From NCBI RefSeq assembly GCF_001194135.2, contig NC_068994.1, positions 43,805,547-43,869,546 on the forward strand: 64,000 bases of DNA. Direction: 5' to 3'. The stretch comes from Octopus bimaculoides. Lineage: Eukaryota. Under the pieces are notes generated by a model. The model was not told the DNA's origin, ran no database searches, and worked only from the letters and a program-made list of their open reading frames with translations. The position numbers and the translations under genes are program-made. Below, piece by piece: positions 27,531 to 41,097 of this stretch; position 1 is the stretch's first letter, and each line of letters begins with the position of its first letter.

Positions 27531-28744
27531 GATAGATAGTTAGGTACATAGATACTTATGTCTATATGCAGGTATACTTATAATGATATTATAATTAATA
27601 TATATGCGTATATATATACATATGCATACAGCCTCATATAAAGGCATATGAATTTATGTATGGGTTTATGTTTATATGTATGCATGTGTGTGTATGCATG
27701 TGTGCAATTATACATGTATCTACATGTGTGTGTGTGTGTATATATGTAGATATACATATATATATATATATGCATGTATGTAGATATGTGTTATGTATGT
27801 ATACATCTATATGTACATCTACATATATTTATATATACATAAAAATATATACATACATACATGCATGCATATATAGACACCTAGGTTGAAAGAATATGTG
27901 TGTATGCATGCATGTGCATGTGCATATGTGCATATCATCATATGTGCATAGGTATAGTCTAGTTTTCTGATGAATTATGCCATTTCCTGGATTAGGCAAA
28001 GTAGTTTTACTCACCTAGCAGCAACGTTTGGAAACATTGTAAAGCCAATGAATTTTTTAAAGAACAGAATTTTCTTCCTTTTGTCTTCCTTTGTCTTATA
28101 TTAATATTTGTCAATGAAAAATAGGATTCTATGTGTAACTTTATTCTTCTTCCTTCCAATGTCATGTTGCATGTGGTCCATTGTTTTACCGAGTATTTCT
28201 GCTTATGCTGTGTACAAGCACACATAAATTCATACATATACACATATATACATATATATATATATATACATAGATAGATATGTATATGCATACATTATGA
28301 ATTCTCCCATCACTAAACAACGGATGAGGGCTCTACAATTGCTTGCTGAACAACCACGCAGATGATTTTGTTTATAGTGATCAAATATCTGTGCTCACAT
28401 AAGCTCACTCCCTCCCTAGATTGAATTGGCATTGCTTGTGCAGGTGCACAAGAAGGCCATGTGTCAGATGTTGAAAGAATTGCAAAGCAGCTTACAATGA
28501 GCACCGCTTGGTCTGAAAATTGAAACCACAATCTTGCAATCATGGGTACAACACCCTAAACACTAGGCTATGTAGCTTCATGTGCATACATGCAAACATA
28601 CATACACACATATTTGTATGTGTGTATTAATGTATGTGTACATGTCTATATGGGTACATATATATGTGTATATATAGGTATATGTATATATATATATATA
28701 TGTATGTATGTATATGTGTGTGTATATTTATAAATACACACACA

Positions 28745-28836
<92 letters not shown>

Positions 28837-28837
<1 letters not shown>

Positions 28838-30178
28838 TAGCAAGCACAACAATCTTTTGGACGGTTTAAGTTGCTTTAGTGGTATTTTTTTCACTAAATA
28901 ATTGAATTCCAGAGAAGGTTTATGAGTAACACGGCAATCAATGTTTCTGATTAACCTAAGAACAGAAAATCAGATTGAAGGCTGGTTATTGTGGAGGTCA
29001 TTGCACTTTAATGATCATAGAGAGAACATATAAGTTTGCAAGTGATGCAAAGTAGAGTTACTGAAATGTTTTGGGAGCAGGTTACGGCTAATGACTACAA
29101 AATATAGTTGTTTTACATAAAAGCAAAATTTCTTGTCAGAAACAGCCACACAAAGACGTTGAAACATCCCTTCTGCAAGTTTATTTTATTCGACAGCAAA
29201 GGAGCTATTTTTCAGAGAGATAAACTAACAAAAGCCCCTTTATTCTGTCTTTCCACATAGCCTGCACATAAACTAACAGCAAAAGCCGCATAAAGTTAAA
29301 CTGGTATGGAGTTTTCTGAAAGATACATATAGCCTTCACTAGTGGAAGCAAAACTCTTATTTAAAGATTGATTCTTTTGGATGAATCATATGTGATTGCT
29401 TAAAAAAGGCTAGAACGACAATGCTAAAACATATTTGAAACAATGGACAACAATCAAAATATCATGATTGATGGGTAAATAAGTATCCTTAAAGTGAAAT
29501 ACAACAAATAGAAGAAAGAGAAGGGCACATTATCTTTCGAGTAACTCAGAATAGGTAAAGGTAAGCTTGCCAAAGTTTAATGCAGTTTAAATATGGAGAT
29601 TAAGATTGTTTGGTATTGGATATTCATCACGTACAGTGTTCCTAGTCAATTTAATTACTGTCACAGGTGGGCAGTCGAAATAAATAAATAGACAAAATCC
29701 GTTCACTTTTATAAAAAGATAAAAAAGTATGGAAGACTGTACATACCAAAAAAAACTATGTCCATTTACACAGGAGCTCTAGGCAAAATGTTATAGTGCA
29801 TGACCATTCTTGGGACATAAGTAATGTGTGTGTATGTGTGTAAAGTTTGATGAAAACCCAATGTGAATTATGGAAATGTATGCGTTCAGTGTGCCTAGTC
29901 AATTTAATTACAGTTGTAGGTGGAGAGCTGAAATAAATAAATAGAAAAAAATCCTTTCACTTTTATAAAAAGATTAAAATGTATGAAAGACCCTACATAC
30001 AAAAAGATGTCCATTCACGTCCATTTACGTGGGAGCTCTGGGTAAAATGTTATAGTGCATGACTATCCTTGGGATATAAGTAATGTGTGTGTAAAGTTTG
30101 GTGAAAATTGGTTGAGAATTGTGGAAAATACGCATTAATCATTATACACACACGTACTGTGATTTATAATATAGTAGA
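28837..30178 (-). mobile_element. Putative non-autonomous Helitron-like element with internal 253-bp tandem repeat
   Basis: Minus strand reads A|TCTACTATATTATAAATC... at 30178 and ...GCTTGCTAG|T at 28837, i.e. A|TC...CTAG|T termini within TA runs. The subterminal hairpin is not clearly preserved, so linkage of the two ends is inferred. Confidence 0.45.
29634..30140. repeat. Two diverged tandem units, period 253 bp
   Basis: CAGTGT(T/G)CCTAGTCAATTTAATTAC starts at 29634 and again at 29887, and the units align throughout. Confidence 0.9.
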
Positions 30179-30706
30179 TATATATGTATATGTATAGAGT
30201 AATAAGGATTCAGATAGAACTGCACCAAGTAGGGTTGGATAAACCTGTGGTCACTTTTTACTTTCCTTTATTTTTTATCCTACTTTATCTTCGGTCCTCT
30301 CCCAGCTACCCATTTTTCTGAGCCTAGTATAATAAAATATCACCTACACCCCATCTCTAGCCTCTTAAAGAACCAGTCTAGTTGACTCCTTTTTCACACT
30401 GACCACTGACCATAAATATCATATTACACCCTTTCACAAACTAAATTCTTAACCTAACTCCACCGCTTAATGACCACAACAGCCAATTTTGTGGGTCATT
30501 CTCCCATTTCATGGTAAGCCTCAACAGACTTCAGCTATGTCCCTGCTGTATTCTTCATATATTCTTTTGTTTTTGAAATTATGTTTCGTCTTATGATTAT
30601 GGTTTTTTGCAAAGAAGTAATATTCTCATTCTTCTATTTAAAAAATGTATAAGAAGCAGCTGTAATGAGCTGACAATTATTCATCATTTGTTATTATTCA
30701 TTTGAG

Positions 30707-30751
<45 letters not shown>

Positions 30752-31579
30752 NNNNNNNNNNNNNNNNNNNNNNNNNNNNNNNNNNNNNNNNNNNNNNNNN
30801 NNNNNNNNNNNNNNNNNNNNNNNNNNNNNNNNNNNNNNNNNNNNNNNNNNNNNNNNNNNNNNNNNNNNNNNNNNNNNNNNNNNNNNNNNNNNNNNNNNNN
30901 NNNNNNNNNNNNNNNNNNNNNNNNNNNNNNNNNNNNNNNNNNNNNNNNNNNNNNNNNNNNNNNNNNNNNNNNNNNNNNNNNNNNNNNNNNNNNNNNNNNN
31001 NNNNNNNNNNNNNNNNNNNNNNNNNNNNNNNNNNNNNNNNNNNNNNNNNNNNNNNNNNNNNNNNNNNNNNNNNNNNNNNNNNNNNNNNNNNNNNNNNNNN
31101 NNNNNNNNNNNNNNNNNNNNNNNNNNNNNNNNNNNNNNNNNNNNNNNNNNNNNNNNNNNNNNNNNNNNNNNNNNNNNNNNNNNNNNNNNNNNNNNNNNNN
31201 NNNNNNNNNNNNNNNNNNNNNNNNNNNNNNNNNNNNNNNNNNNNNNNNNNNNNNNNNNNNNNNNNNNNNNNNNNNNNNNNNNNNNNNNNNNNNNNNNNNN
31301 NNNNNNNNNNNNNNNNNNNNNNNNNNNNNNNNNNNNNNNNNNNNNNNNNNNNNNNNNNNNNNNNNNNNNNNNNNNNNNNNNNNNNNNNNNNNNNNNNNNN
31401 NNNNTCTTAATGAATAAAAATTCTTCTGATAGAATAAATGGGTTAATAGAAACCAATGTAGCAAAGAACACAAAATAACTGTGGTTAGCTCCTGTTTTTA
31501 AGGCAGGAACTCCTTGAAATTTTGGGTATTTGAGTATATTTAAGAATTTAAGGATTGGAGAAAATGCATGTTATAATTG

Positions 31580-31678
31580 CATACTTTATTCCTACATATG
31601 TTTCAAAGGATTACAACCTGTGTGATCCATAGGGATCTTTGATATTAAAATTGTAACCTTCTCATCAGGGAAAGCATG
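31580..31678 (-). ncRNA. Type I hammerhead ribozyme (predicted), mirror copy in the left arm
   Basis: Exact reverse complement of 31759-31857. Confidence 0.7.
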
Positions 31679-31758
31679 AGAATCATCTTAAACGTAAGAC
31701 AATATGACCGATTATGTTTTCATAATCGGTCATAATGTCTTACGTTTAAGATGATTCT

Positions 31759-31857
31759 CATGCTTTCCCTGATGAGAAGGTTACAATTTTAATATCAAAG
31801 ATCCCTATGGATCACACAGGTTGTAATCCTTTGAAACATATGTAGGAATAAAGTATG
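31759..31857 (+). ncRNA. Type I hammerhead ribozyme (predicted)
   Basis: Helix I: CAUGCU-UUCC pairs with GGAA-(UAA bulge)-AGUAUG. Core CUGAUGA at 31769-31775. Helix II: GAAGG-UUACAA pairs with UUGUAA-(U)-CCUUU and encloses a GAUCC/CUAU/GGAUC hairpin. GAAA at 31833-31836. Palindromic helix III ACAUAUGU. GUA cleavage triplet, cut after 31844. Confidence 0.75.
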
Positions 31858-33113
31858 CAATTATAACATGCGTTTTCTCCAATCCTTAAATTCTTAAATA
31901 TATATATATATATATAAATATAATGGGCTTCCACACAATTTCTGTCAATCACCAAATTCACTCAAAAGCCATTGTATTGGCCTGAGCTTATGATAAATGA
32001 CACTTGTCCAAAGTGCCACACAGCAGGACTGAACCCAAAATTACATGGCTGCAAGACAAGCTTCTTAACCATATAACCATACCAGCATCTACCATATAGC
32101 CATGCTTTGCTCCATTACCATTTATATTTGTTTTGTTATTTTACTAACGTTTTACCTCTAATTTAAATTTTTTCTTTAAGTTAGCAATTCTCAATCTAGA
32201 ATGTTATCAAATAAAGATATTCATCTTGCTCTATCATTCCATTTGGCCATCTCCTTCAAACGGTTTAAAAATTTACAAGTAAAATCAACTGACACCTTAT
32301 GTGACCAGTCCCTTAATCATAACTTCTGGAATTCCCTAATTCCCATTAACTAACTCTCAAAATATTTTTCTATATATCCTCTTTGAAACCTTGCTTCAAT
32401 AATCATACTCATACATTTAGAAACCTCCTTAAACGAAGTAATGAAACCTCATTGTCTTGCTTCATCTGGGAACTGAAAAATGAAATTCAACTAATAACTT
32501 AAAACTGAAGCATTTTGTCAATATTTTATTGGATTTATTTTTTAACCAAGATATCAAGCATATGATTAATTTCTCAAGTTGAGAATTTTAAATATTTTTT
32601 CGTTTATATTGTTTACCTGATTTTTAACTTAATCCAACACTTTTTTGTTTTTAGAGCTAATCTTAAAAGCTTGTTCTTAGTTAATATGTTACCTTACACA
32701 TTTTTGTTTATAAAAATTGAATATCAGACTCTAGTTTGGTATCTGCAGATATCATTAGCATTTTATTTCTATCTGTATATATAGTTATATATGTAGATTT
32801 AGCTACATAAGCATACATGTATGGAAAAAAATAATAAGTAGACAACAGATGTGGTGTTCAAAGCTTTATTGGACACACACAGGTTTCATCAAAATGCCAA
32901 CATAATTACACAACAGCAGTAGAAATATTATGCAATGATACTTTTCACCTCATCAATGTTTTGCTATAAATGCAACAATCGGTGTTGAAATTCAAAATAT
33001 ATACATTACTCCCCATTATGCAAATAACAAACCACCTCTTATGTCACGTATTATTATAATTATATTTTTATAACTATATCTGTAAAAGAGTGAAAATATT
33101 TATGAAAATGAAA

Positions 33114-33336
33114 GCTACCGGACATGAATGGTGCCTATGCTAGAAGTAGATGTCAAATACCTACAATCCACTCTAAAAGTTGTTCTCTAAAATCAACCAC
33201 AGGTACAAACGCAAGGGAATAAGCAAGGAAATATAAAGTTATGGATAATTCTATACCTCGAGATTTCATGCACTGCAATCTTCAGTAGGAATATATTTCT
33301 TGGTCATAGGCACAGGCGCCTGTCATGTCTGGTAGC
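33114..33336. mobile_element. Small MITE-like element with about 24-bp degenerate TIRs
   Basis: gctaccggacatgaatggtgccta versus the reverse complement of the right end, gctaccagacatgacaggcgcctg. Confidence 0.5.
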
Positions 33337-33893
33337 CCTTATTGTAATTATATTTTTATAATTATATACATAAATTTAATTTAGATTTAAATGTTTCCAT
33401 TAATGTAGACACTATCATCATCAACTATGTAATATAGTTGCTCACTTTTCACTACTGACTTACGTTTTCAATTAATCTTTTTATATGGCAACCCACACTA
33501 ATGGCTTTTAATAAACCTTCTCTTTCTACATATTGAATTTAATTTATTCAGTCTAAGTTATTTGTGTATTGTTCATATATGGACCATAACTGTCTTCTAT
33601 AAATCTTTTACTGCATCTCATTTACTTTTTATCTCTCCTTCCCTCCCATATGCATTATATTTATTGAAATTTTTTGCTTTCATCTCAATGTCTGATAACA
33701 TCCCAGTTGGACCAAAACAGTCAAAACAGTTTGCAATGTAAAGCTTTCATTTTCATAAATATTTCCACTCTTCACAACTGCTTTGAGCATTTAATTATGA
33801 TAGTGACTTAATTAGTTTTTTTCAACTAACAATCTTCGAAACATTACATACATACATGCATACATGCACACATAAATACGTGCATGCATGCAT

Positions 33894-34234
33894 TGTTGGC
33901 ACTCCGTCACTTACGACGTCGAGGGTTCCAGTTGATCCGATGAATGGAACAGCCTGCTCGTGAAATTAACGTGCAAGTGGCTGAGCACTCCACAGACACG
34001 TGTACCCTTAACGTAGTTCTCGGGGATATTCAGCGTGACACAGTGTGACAAGGCTGACCCTTTGAATTACAGGCACAACAGAAACAGGAAGTAAGAGTGA
34101 GAGAAAGTTGTGGTGAAAGAGAGTACAGCAGGGTTCACCACCATCCCCTGCCAAAGCTTCATGGAGCTCACAACACCCGGTCTGGGAATCGAAACCGCGA
34201 TCCTATGACCGCGAGTCCACTGCCCTAACCACTG
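33894..34234 (-). mobile_element. tRNA-headed SINE family D, CpG-rich and probably young
   Basis: Minus head CAGTGGTTAGGGCAGTGGACTCGCGGTCATAGGATCGCGGTTTCGATTCCC, tail ...GACGGAGTGCCAACA. Confidence 0.7.
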
Positions 34235-34310
34235 TGGAGGTGCAATGCATGCATACATACATACATACATACATACATACATACATACATACATACATAC
34301 ATACATACAT

Positions 34311-34803
34311 GTATCTTCCAGATATTATCTTCCAATGAGGCATAGTGCAGTGGCCGAAACAGTCTAGAACACGATGACAAAAAAGAAAACACCTACAAAG
34401 TTGACCATATGGAGATCGATGGGTCAAAAGACTATTAGAGGAACTTACAAATTAAAACAGCCACCAAATTAAAACACAACTGGCCAGATATCATTGTGGA
34501 ACCACAAAGAAAGATATGTTCTGTTGTGGAAATCAGCTGCCCTCTGGACAAGAATGTGGTTAGCATAATATAAGAGAAAAAGGTCATCTATTGATAAGGA
34601 GTCTGCAAATCCAGTACTCAAGATATACTTTCAGTTTCAAACCTATCATTATTGGAATAACAGGATACATACCAACCTGTCTGGAACAAAGTATGGCTGA
34701 ACTTGGGATCTTGGGGAGAGAATACAAATCATTAATTCAAATGCTACAAATGATCGCAATATTTGGAACTATAAAAATCTACAAGGCTTTCTTAAGATTT
34801 TAA
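34311..34803 (+). mobile_element. Decayed 3' end of an REL-endonuclease (R4/NeSL-like) LINE, distinct family
   Basis: Fragments RHSAVA, KLKHNWPDIIV, ICSVVEISCPLDKNV and FKPIIIGITGYIP...IAIFGTIKIYKAFLRF* follow the RHN..PD..(D/E) motif order, with frameshifts. Confidence 0.7.
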
Positions 34804-36883
34804 AGGATGATGAACAAAACAAGATACTTTCCTTCACAACCTTACTACCAAGGAGATGGCCAGTCAAAATTTACTCTAAAATTAAAAAGAGAGAGAGAAC
34901 ATACACACACACACACACACACACACATAAACATACACACACACACACACACACACACACGTATACACATGCATACATACATATGTACATACATACAACA
35001 TGCATACATACATACATACAACATGCATACACACACACTTGCATACATACATATTTACATACATACAATCTGTCCATGATCTCATAATTATGTCTGAAGA
35101 TGAATCTTTCTCCAGACATCTTTAAAATGTCAATTATTTGCCAAGAGCCTCAGTGGATGGATACTGAGAATTTTCTGTACAAAAACCATGAATGATTATG
35201 TTAATCCTCCGGAAATCATTTATCTTAAGTAGTTTAAATTACTGCTCATAATCAAGCCTTATCCATCAACGGGAGAAATTGCAAAATTTTACATTAGTAA
35301 ATTAATCCTTTTATAGTATAAGCACTTATCTTAACCATATCCCATCTCTTCAGGTTCAATTTATGCATTGACACTATAGATAACTTTCTGTAAAGTGTTA
35401 CACATGTATACATGCCTCCCTAAGACCAGAAATATCACAAAATCTTCAACTAGGCTATAAAACAAGATTATACCTTCCTTTTATCATGCAATTCTACTAA
35501 CCTTACTATATTCCCTAAAAAGGTCTTGTCTTAGTACATCGGCTGTATGTTATCACCACTGGGAATAAAATGGCATCCATCAATTAATTATATTGGACTT
35601 CCAGCCAACAAATTCAAATCCAGGATTGATCAGCACACTTGTTCTCTTAGAAATACTGCAGTTGATCATTGAATCACCAAAACATTAACAATTTCTCAAG
35701 CAAGAGAGAAATATTAAACCGTGTCAAGCATTATATGCAAAATGAATATTTCAACATCTGTACAACAGAAATTATTATCATTATTTCGTATTAGTACCAT
35801 CATGAATAGATTTAGTATTATTTTGTATGCAAGAGAATGAAAATATCAATTAGAAAAATTTAAACCAAGGATTAACAACCTTTGCCTTCATCTTCAGAAT
35901 TTTTATTATGTTTTCTTCTTTTTTTCCTTTCAATATTTCTTAAACATTTTTGATTGATTGACTGATTGAGGTTTATATTCCTTTATACAATTTGATTATA
36001 TTATTGACACTCATAAAGGCAGCAAGCTGACAGAGATATTCACACATTTGACAAAAGGCTTAGTGGTATTTCTTCTGGTTCTATACATTCTGAGCTCAAA
36101 TTCTGCCAAGATTTAAGTTGTCATTTATCATTTTAGTGTCAATAAAATAAGTATCAGTTGAGCACTGGGGACAATATAATTGACATCACCCTCCCCTAAA
36201 ATAGCTGGTTATGTGCCAAAATTTGTTACCATCATTGAGAATTTTACACATCTGTATATGTAGGAATGAATGTGCGTATGTATGTACATAAGCATGTATG
36301 TGTATAGATACGTACATACATACATACATACATACATGTGTGTGTGTGTGTGTGTATCCATATTCATTATGTCGTTTTTTCACTTACTTTCTTAGGCAGC
36401 CTTCCCACTGTTTTCAGCTGTCATCACCTCTGCTAATTACTTAATTACTGCATGCCTCAGTAATCATTCATGATTTACTAAACAATACATTCTTGAAGGT
36501 CAATCTCTTCTTGACCTAAATGTATTTTTGCCAAAAGTTTTATATGTAACCTCTACTGGCTTCAAATATTTATCAAGAAAAGCAACTTCTCATTTATTAA
36601 CAAGCATTCACACTAACAATCATTAAATATACAATATCCATAAAACCCTTATTATCAACATTTGTATAAGTCCTGCAAATTATAATCACTGCAAAAAAAA
36701 CCCATTAATTTAAGAAATTCCCAACATACAGTCCTTTCATGTGTTTTCCATTATTTCGTGTTCTTTGTTGTAGAAGACATTTAGAATTTAAATAGGTTAT
36801 TATATATTTACGTTCTTTTATGAAATTTGCATTTTTTTTTTTTTTCATTTCCTATTTTTAATTTCTCTATTTGTTTCAATCAT

Positions 36884-37065
36884 TAGCTGGAGTCTTAGTT
36901 TATAGCAGAGACTCCAGCTAAGAAGATCTGAAGAAGGAATTGTAATCCCGAAATATCATCGGACTATAGATAACCAAATTACAACAGGTGTACAGTCCAT
37001 TTTTTGTTCTATAGTGCATTGTTGTACCATTCTAAACTTTTAATTCTTCACAAACAATACACAAT
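36884..37065 (+). mobile_element. Single arm of the foldback family at 56875-57224, with a 12-bp remnant inversion
   Basis: CTGAAGA-a-ggaat..tccc-GAAA-tatcatcggac matches 57098-57135. tagctggagtct/agactccagcta is a small inverted repeat. Confidence 0.7.
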
Positions 37066-38959
37066 GCTTCAAGAGAACTACAATACTCTCTTATATTTGT
37101 AAAGTTACTTCAAACACCACATAGCCAGTTGCCTGATGATCAGATATGTGAAACTCAAGAGTAATGACACATAAAATCATTCAGCACTGAACAAAACCTA
37201 TTCCACTCAACTGTAAAAAGATTAAGTATATTTGTGTGTAATTATATACACTTGAGTTTCAAGATTATATTTGTTTACTCATTGTGTATCATGATATATT
37301 GATATTTTGTAATCATGATATTTTGTAAAATGTTCTATTTTTTACTTTAGTGTTTGTTTATAATCCTGGCACTTAGCAGACAAGCAATTATGTGTTTTAA
37401 TGCTGAAATCATTATGGAATCTAGTATATACAGCTAATGAGAGATATTTACATATTTGTTTTGTCCATTCTCTATTCATTGTTGTTCATGCATTTTTTTT
37501 TTTTCACCCCACAATTATAATTTTGATGCATACAGTACATTTCTCAGCATAACACATTGGTCCTTTCACTGTGACTTATACCCTATCTTTTCTCTCTCTC
37601 TCTAACTTTTTCTCTCTTTCTCTCTACCTCACTATCTATCAGTTTCACCTCTGCCTCTTCCTCTTTTAGTAATACTTTGTTGCTGCCCCTACTTTTCCCA
37701 TCATACTGTTCTGTGGGCCTTCCTTCTAACAAGGTTTACACCAACCAGATGCGCTGGTCTCTTTCACGTGATATTTTGACAAAAATCTTGATTTCTCTTT
37801 TCCTATGTGCTAGCATCATCTCTGTTTGTTTCATTCTTAAACCATAATGTAGCCATGAGTGGGCAAGGGTATGGAAGATGAGGAGTAAACTAGATATTGC
37901 AAACAAATTATTTCCTGGAGACATAACACTTTCAATGGAAACCATTAGATGCATCAACAGTAATAGGTTACATACATGATGTCAAACTAAATCTTCAGAC
38001 TGCATGTGAAATAATACTTACAATACTTGTGACTTGTGGCTGTAGAAAGAGAGAAGCTTTAGTAAACTATGTCTTATAAAGATGTATTTATGCTCATCTG
38101 TGACACAAGGCAGATTAAATTCTTGGAAATTTTGTCATGGAAAACATATAGATATGAAAAGCATTATGGAAACATTTACAGATCTAAAGCTGAGAAAAAA
38201 AAATTGTTTTAGTTTGGAATAATGCATTTTCTTTTGTTTATATTCTCCATTTCATTAAGAGAAAATTTGTTATATCTGCTGGAATCTACAGCATCCTTTT
38301 GAGCTTTCTCTCAAACATCCAACTTCCATCCAATGTTTGTTTATGGCAAAAACAAGTCAAACCATTATCAATAATGTAGATACATGCTCGCTCTTCCTCT
38401 TTCTCTCCTCTCTCCCTCCCTCCCTCTATCTCTCTTTTTCTCTCCTCCCTTTCACTCCCTCTTCCCCTCCCATCCTCTGTCTCTCTCCATTTCCCCTCCC
38501 CCCCTCTCTCTCTCTCCTTCCCTTCTCCCCTAGTTATATTAATGTAAAGATTTGAAACTTTGATGCTGTGTTTAACTACTCCCTAACACATTGTAATAAA
38601 CACTTTTTCTTAAACTTGTAGTTCTTCAGCTTTGTAAAAATTTCAAACAGTTAATTAAGGCCTATGAAACTAGGAATATTTCAGGAGTTTATAGAAGAGT
38701 CATCAAGAACATTACAGAGGTGGTTGAGAAATCATCAAGATGTCTCTGGTTGAAAAGTGGTAATCAATGGATTCAGTAGAATGCCCCTTGGACACAGATC
38801 TAGGTTTGATCAATTTGGTTGGGTTGCCTGGATGATGAACAGTGCACCCCCAGATTACAACACTGACGATGTGTCCAGATGTTGCGTTTGTAGATGTATG
38901 TTGAACTAAGGGCACTGAAATTCAGCTTCCCTAGAATAATACGAACAGTAGGTTTGATT

Positions 38960-40620
38960 CTGACCATCCAACATCATGTTGCATTCACTATTCCAGGCAA
39001 TCAACTTCTTTCAGATAGTGAACTGTTTATTTTAGGCAGAAGACTAAACTTTACCCCACTCAACAGCAAACTAAAAGAGTTTGGTCACTGTACTGGAGAA
39101 CATTTTCTTCATCAAACATAGCTGAGGGCATTTACAGTGATATATAAAAGAGATTTTGGCTTATTGAAGTTTTCACAGAACTTAAACAAATCTCTGCATG
39201 AACACCAGATTTTAGTAAGTTCTAATCCATTGATCTGGTTTTGAAAAATTGTTGCTATGATTTGTATACATTTTACTCTCTTACTTGTTTCATCTCAAGA
39301 GTCATGGCCATTCTGGGGCACTGCCAATGAACTCAAGTAGGAAATACACAAGAATGACCTTTCCATGGCAATCTCGTCTGATTGGCAAAACCCTACATGT
39401 ATGCATTTAATTTTAAAAAGTGTTTCAAATTACTAAATACTGGTTTCACATTTTGGCACAAGGCCAGCAACTTTGGAGAAGTGAGTAAGTCGATTACATC
39501 AACCCCAGTGAACAACTTGTACACATTTTATTGACTCTGAAAGGATGAAAGATGAAGTCGACCTCAGCAGAATTTGAACTCACAACATAAAGACAGATGA
39601 AATGCCACTAAGCATTTTGCCTGGCATGCTAATATTCCTGCCAGCTCACTGCCTTTCTCAAATTACTAAATTATTACTGTTAATGAACACCATACACATC
39701 GTTACCTCTGAGGCAGGTGTAATATCTCAATCAAAGCAGTAAGCAAGAAAGGAGCTGGAACCACATAACAATCAAACAAATCGACAACAATGGAGCTGTA
39801 GTTACTTGTCAAAGAGGTTATCCTGTACTTTAAAGGCCCCAATCTATCCCCCTGTTCTCCCAGCTAATAACAATCATCACCACATATCATACTTTCATGC
39901 TCTATTTTCTTCCTAAGCAACAAAAATTCAGCCATCTTAGTGTATCCTGTCTTCTTTGCCTTTAATTATTCTATTGAACACTTTCTTCTCTAGCAACCTT
40001 GCTAAATTCATGTTATCCTACCCTCACACATTAAGGATGCTGACCACATCCTTAACCTCCTCATCTGTCTTACCTTCTCATGTGGATCCTATCAACTCTT
40101 ATTCCCAATGTGAACTCTCTGTACACTGTCTTCCCCATAATGATGGATTCTTAATCCTTAAATGTTTCTTATTCACAATCTTTCCTTAAACCCCTTACCA
40201 CCACTTTCCTTCCTTGGGCTGGATCTATCCATACCTTCAACTATTCTCCTTCTCCAGTGACTTCTATCAACACACTATCAAGGCAACTATGGGTCCTAAG
40301 ATGGCCATGATAATACCAACTTCTTTGTGGGCCATAACGAGGACCAAATCTTTGTCCAGTCATTGGTTTTACTCTGATTTCTACAGTCATTAACATTGAT
40401 GGCTCTATCAGTGGTACTACACTCTCTAGAGATGATCATGTTGTTGCCCTTTGTTTCATTAATAGTTTTTAACCATCTCTAGAGTCTACCTTTGCCATTT
40501 CCAATCCTTCAGTCACCTCCCTTGATATTGTTGTCATTATTGGTTATCTCTCACATGTCCAACTACTGACTCAACAGTCATATATTGATTTTTTCCTCAT
40601 TTCACTCTACTTATACAAGA
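38960..40620 (+). pseudogene. Heavily decayed Penelope-like element ORF (N-terminal region plus RT), interrupted by SINE-B
   Basis: Colinear fragments: LSDSELFILGRRLNFTP; ITIKQIDNNGAVV (cf. KPADKGGAVV); PSHIKDADHIL; NVNSLYTV/PHNDG (cf. DVKSLYT); FYQHTIKATMGPKMA (cf. YKQ..GVAMG); NIDGSI at the YxDD position. Many stops and frameshifts. Confidence 0.75.
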
Positions 40621-40902
40621 ACTATCATCCCATTCTTAGAATCAATCGAATATACATTAATGACTTGAATTTTTATTTTTTATTTTTTTTTTTTCCAAAT
40701 CCTATGAGGTGTGCCATTTCTATATTTAAGAGATGAGGAATTATGTACATTATTTGCATTTGACGGATATTTGTCCTCATCTTATTTTTTGGCTGATATA
40801 CCCTCCAGCCTTCATCAGGTGTCATGGGGAAATTTCGAACCTGGGTTCTCATTCCTAAGGAATTTTTCTATATAATAATAATAATAATAATTATAATAAT
40901 AT

Positions 40903-41097
40903 ATACAAATATATATAACATACAGAAAATTGCACTACTGGGCACTGCACACATTCTATGCAAAACACTTTCAATACAGTAACCATAAGAGCATCACAGC
41001 AAACCACAGCACATACCCAAGGCACACAGAGCTGCGCTCGGTAGTGAAGTGAAAGCACGTTATAAAAATAAAACTACTGAACAATAATAATAATAAT
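40903..41097 (+). mobile_element. R4/Dong-like 3' fragment inserted in (AAT)n
   Basis: NIQKIALLGTAHILCKTLSIQ*, then the 3'UTR and (AAT)n. Confidence 0.85.

Larger units (their letters stand above)
31535..31902. mobile_element. Foldback element: 182-bp inverted arms around a 4-nt TTTT loop, probably PLE-derived
   Basis: Arms 31535-31716 and 31721-31902 are reverse complements with 2 mismatches; TA-rich ends. Confidence 0.9.

Noticed and set aside
28015-28207. 193-nt open frame ending in CTAG|gtgagt on the minus strand
   Set aside because: The acceptor lies in microsatellite-derived sequence, the peptide has no recognisable features, and there is no phase support
35480-35660. Possible CR1/Jockey LINE tail (ANKFKSRIDQH)
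   Set aside because: A single short motif, too decayed to support
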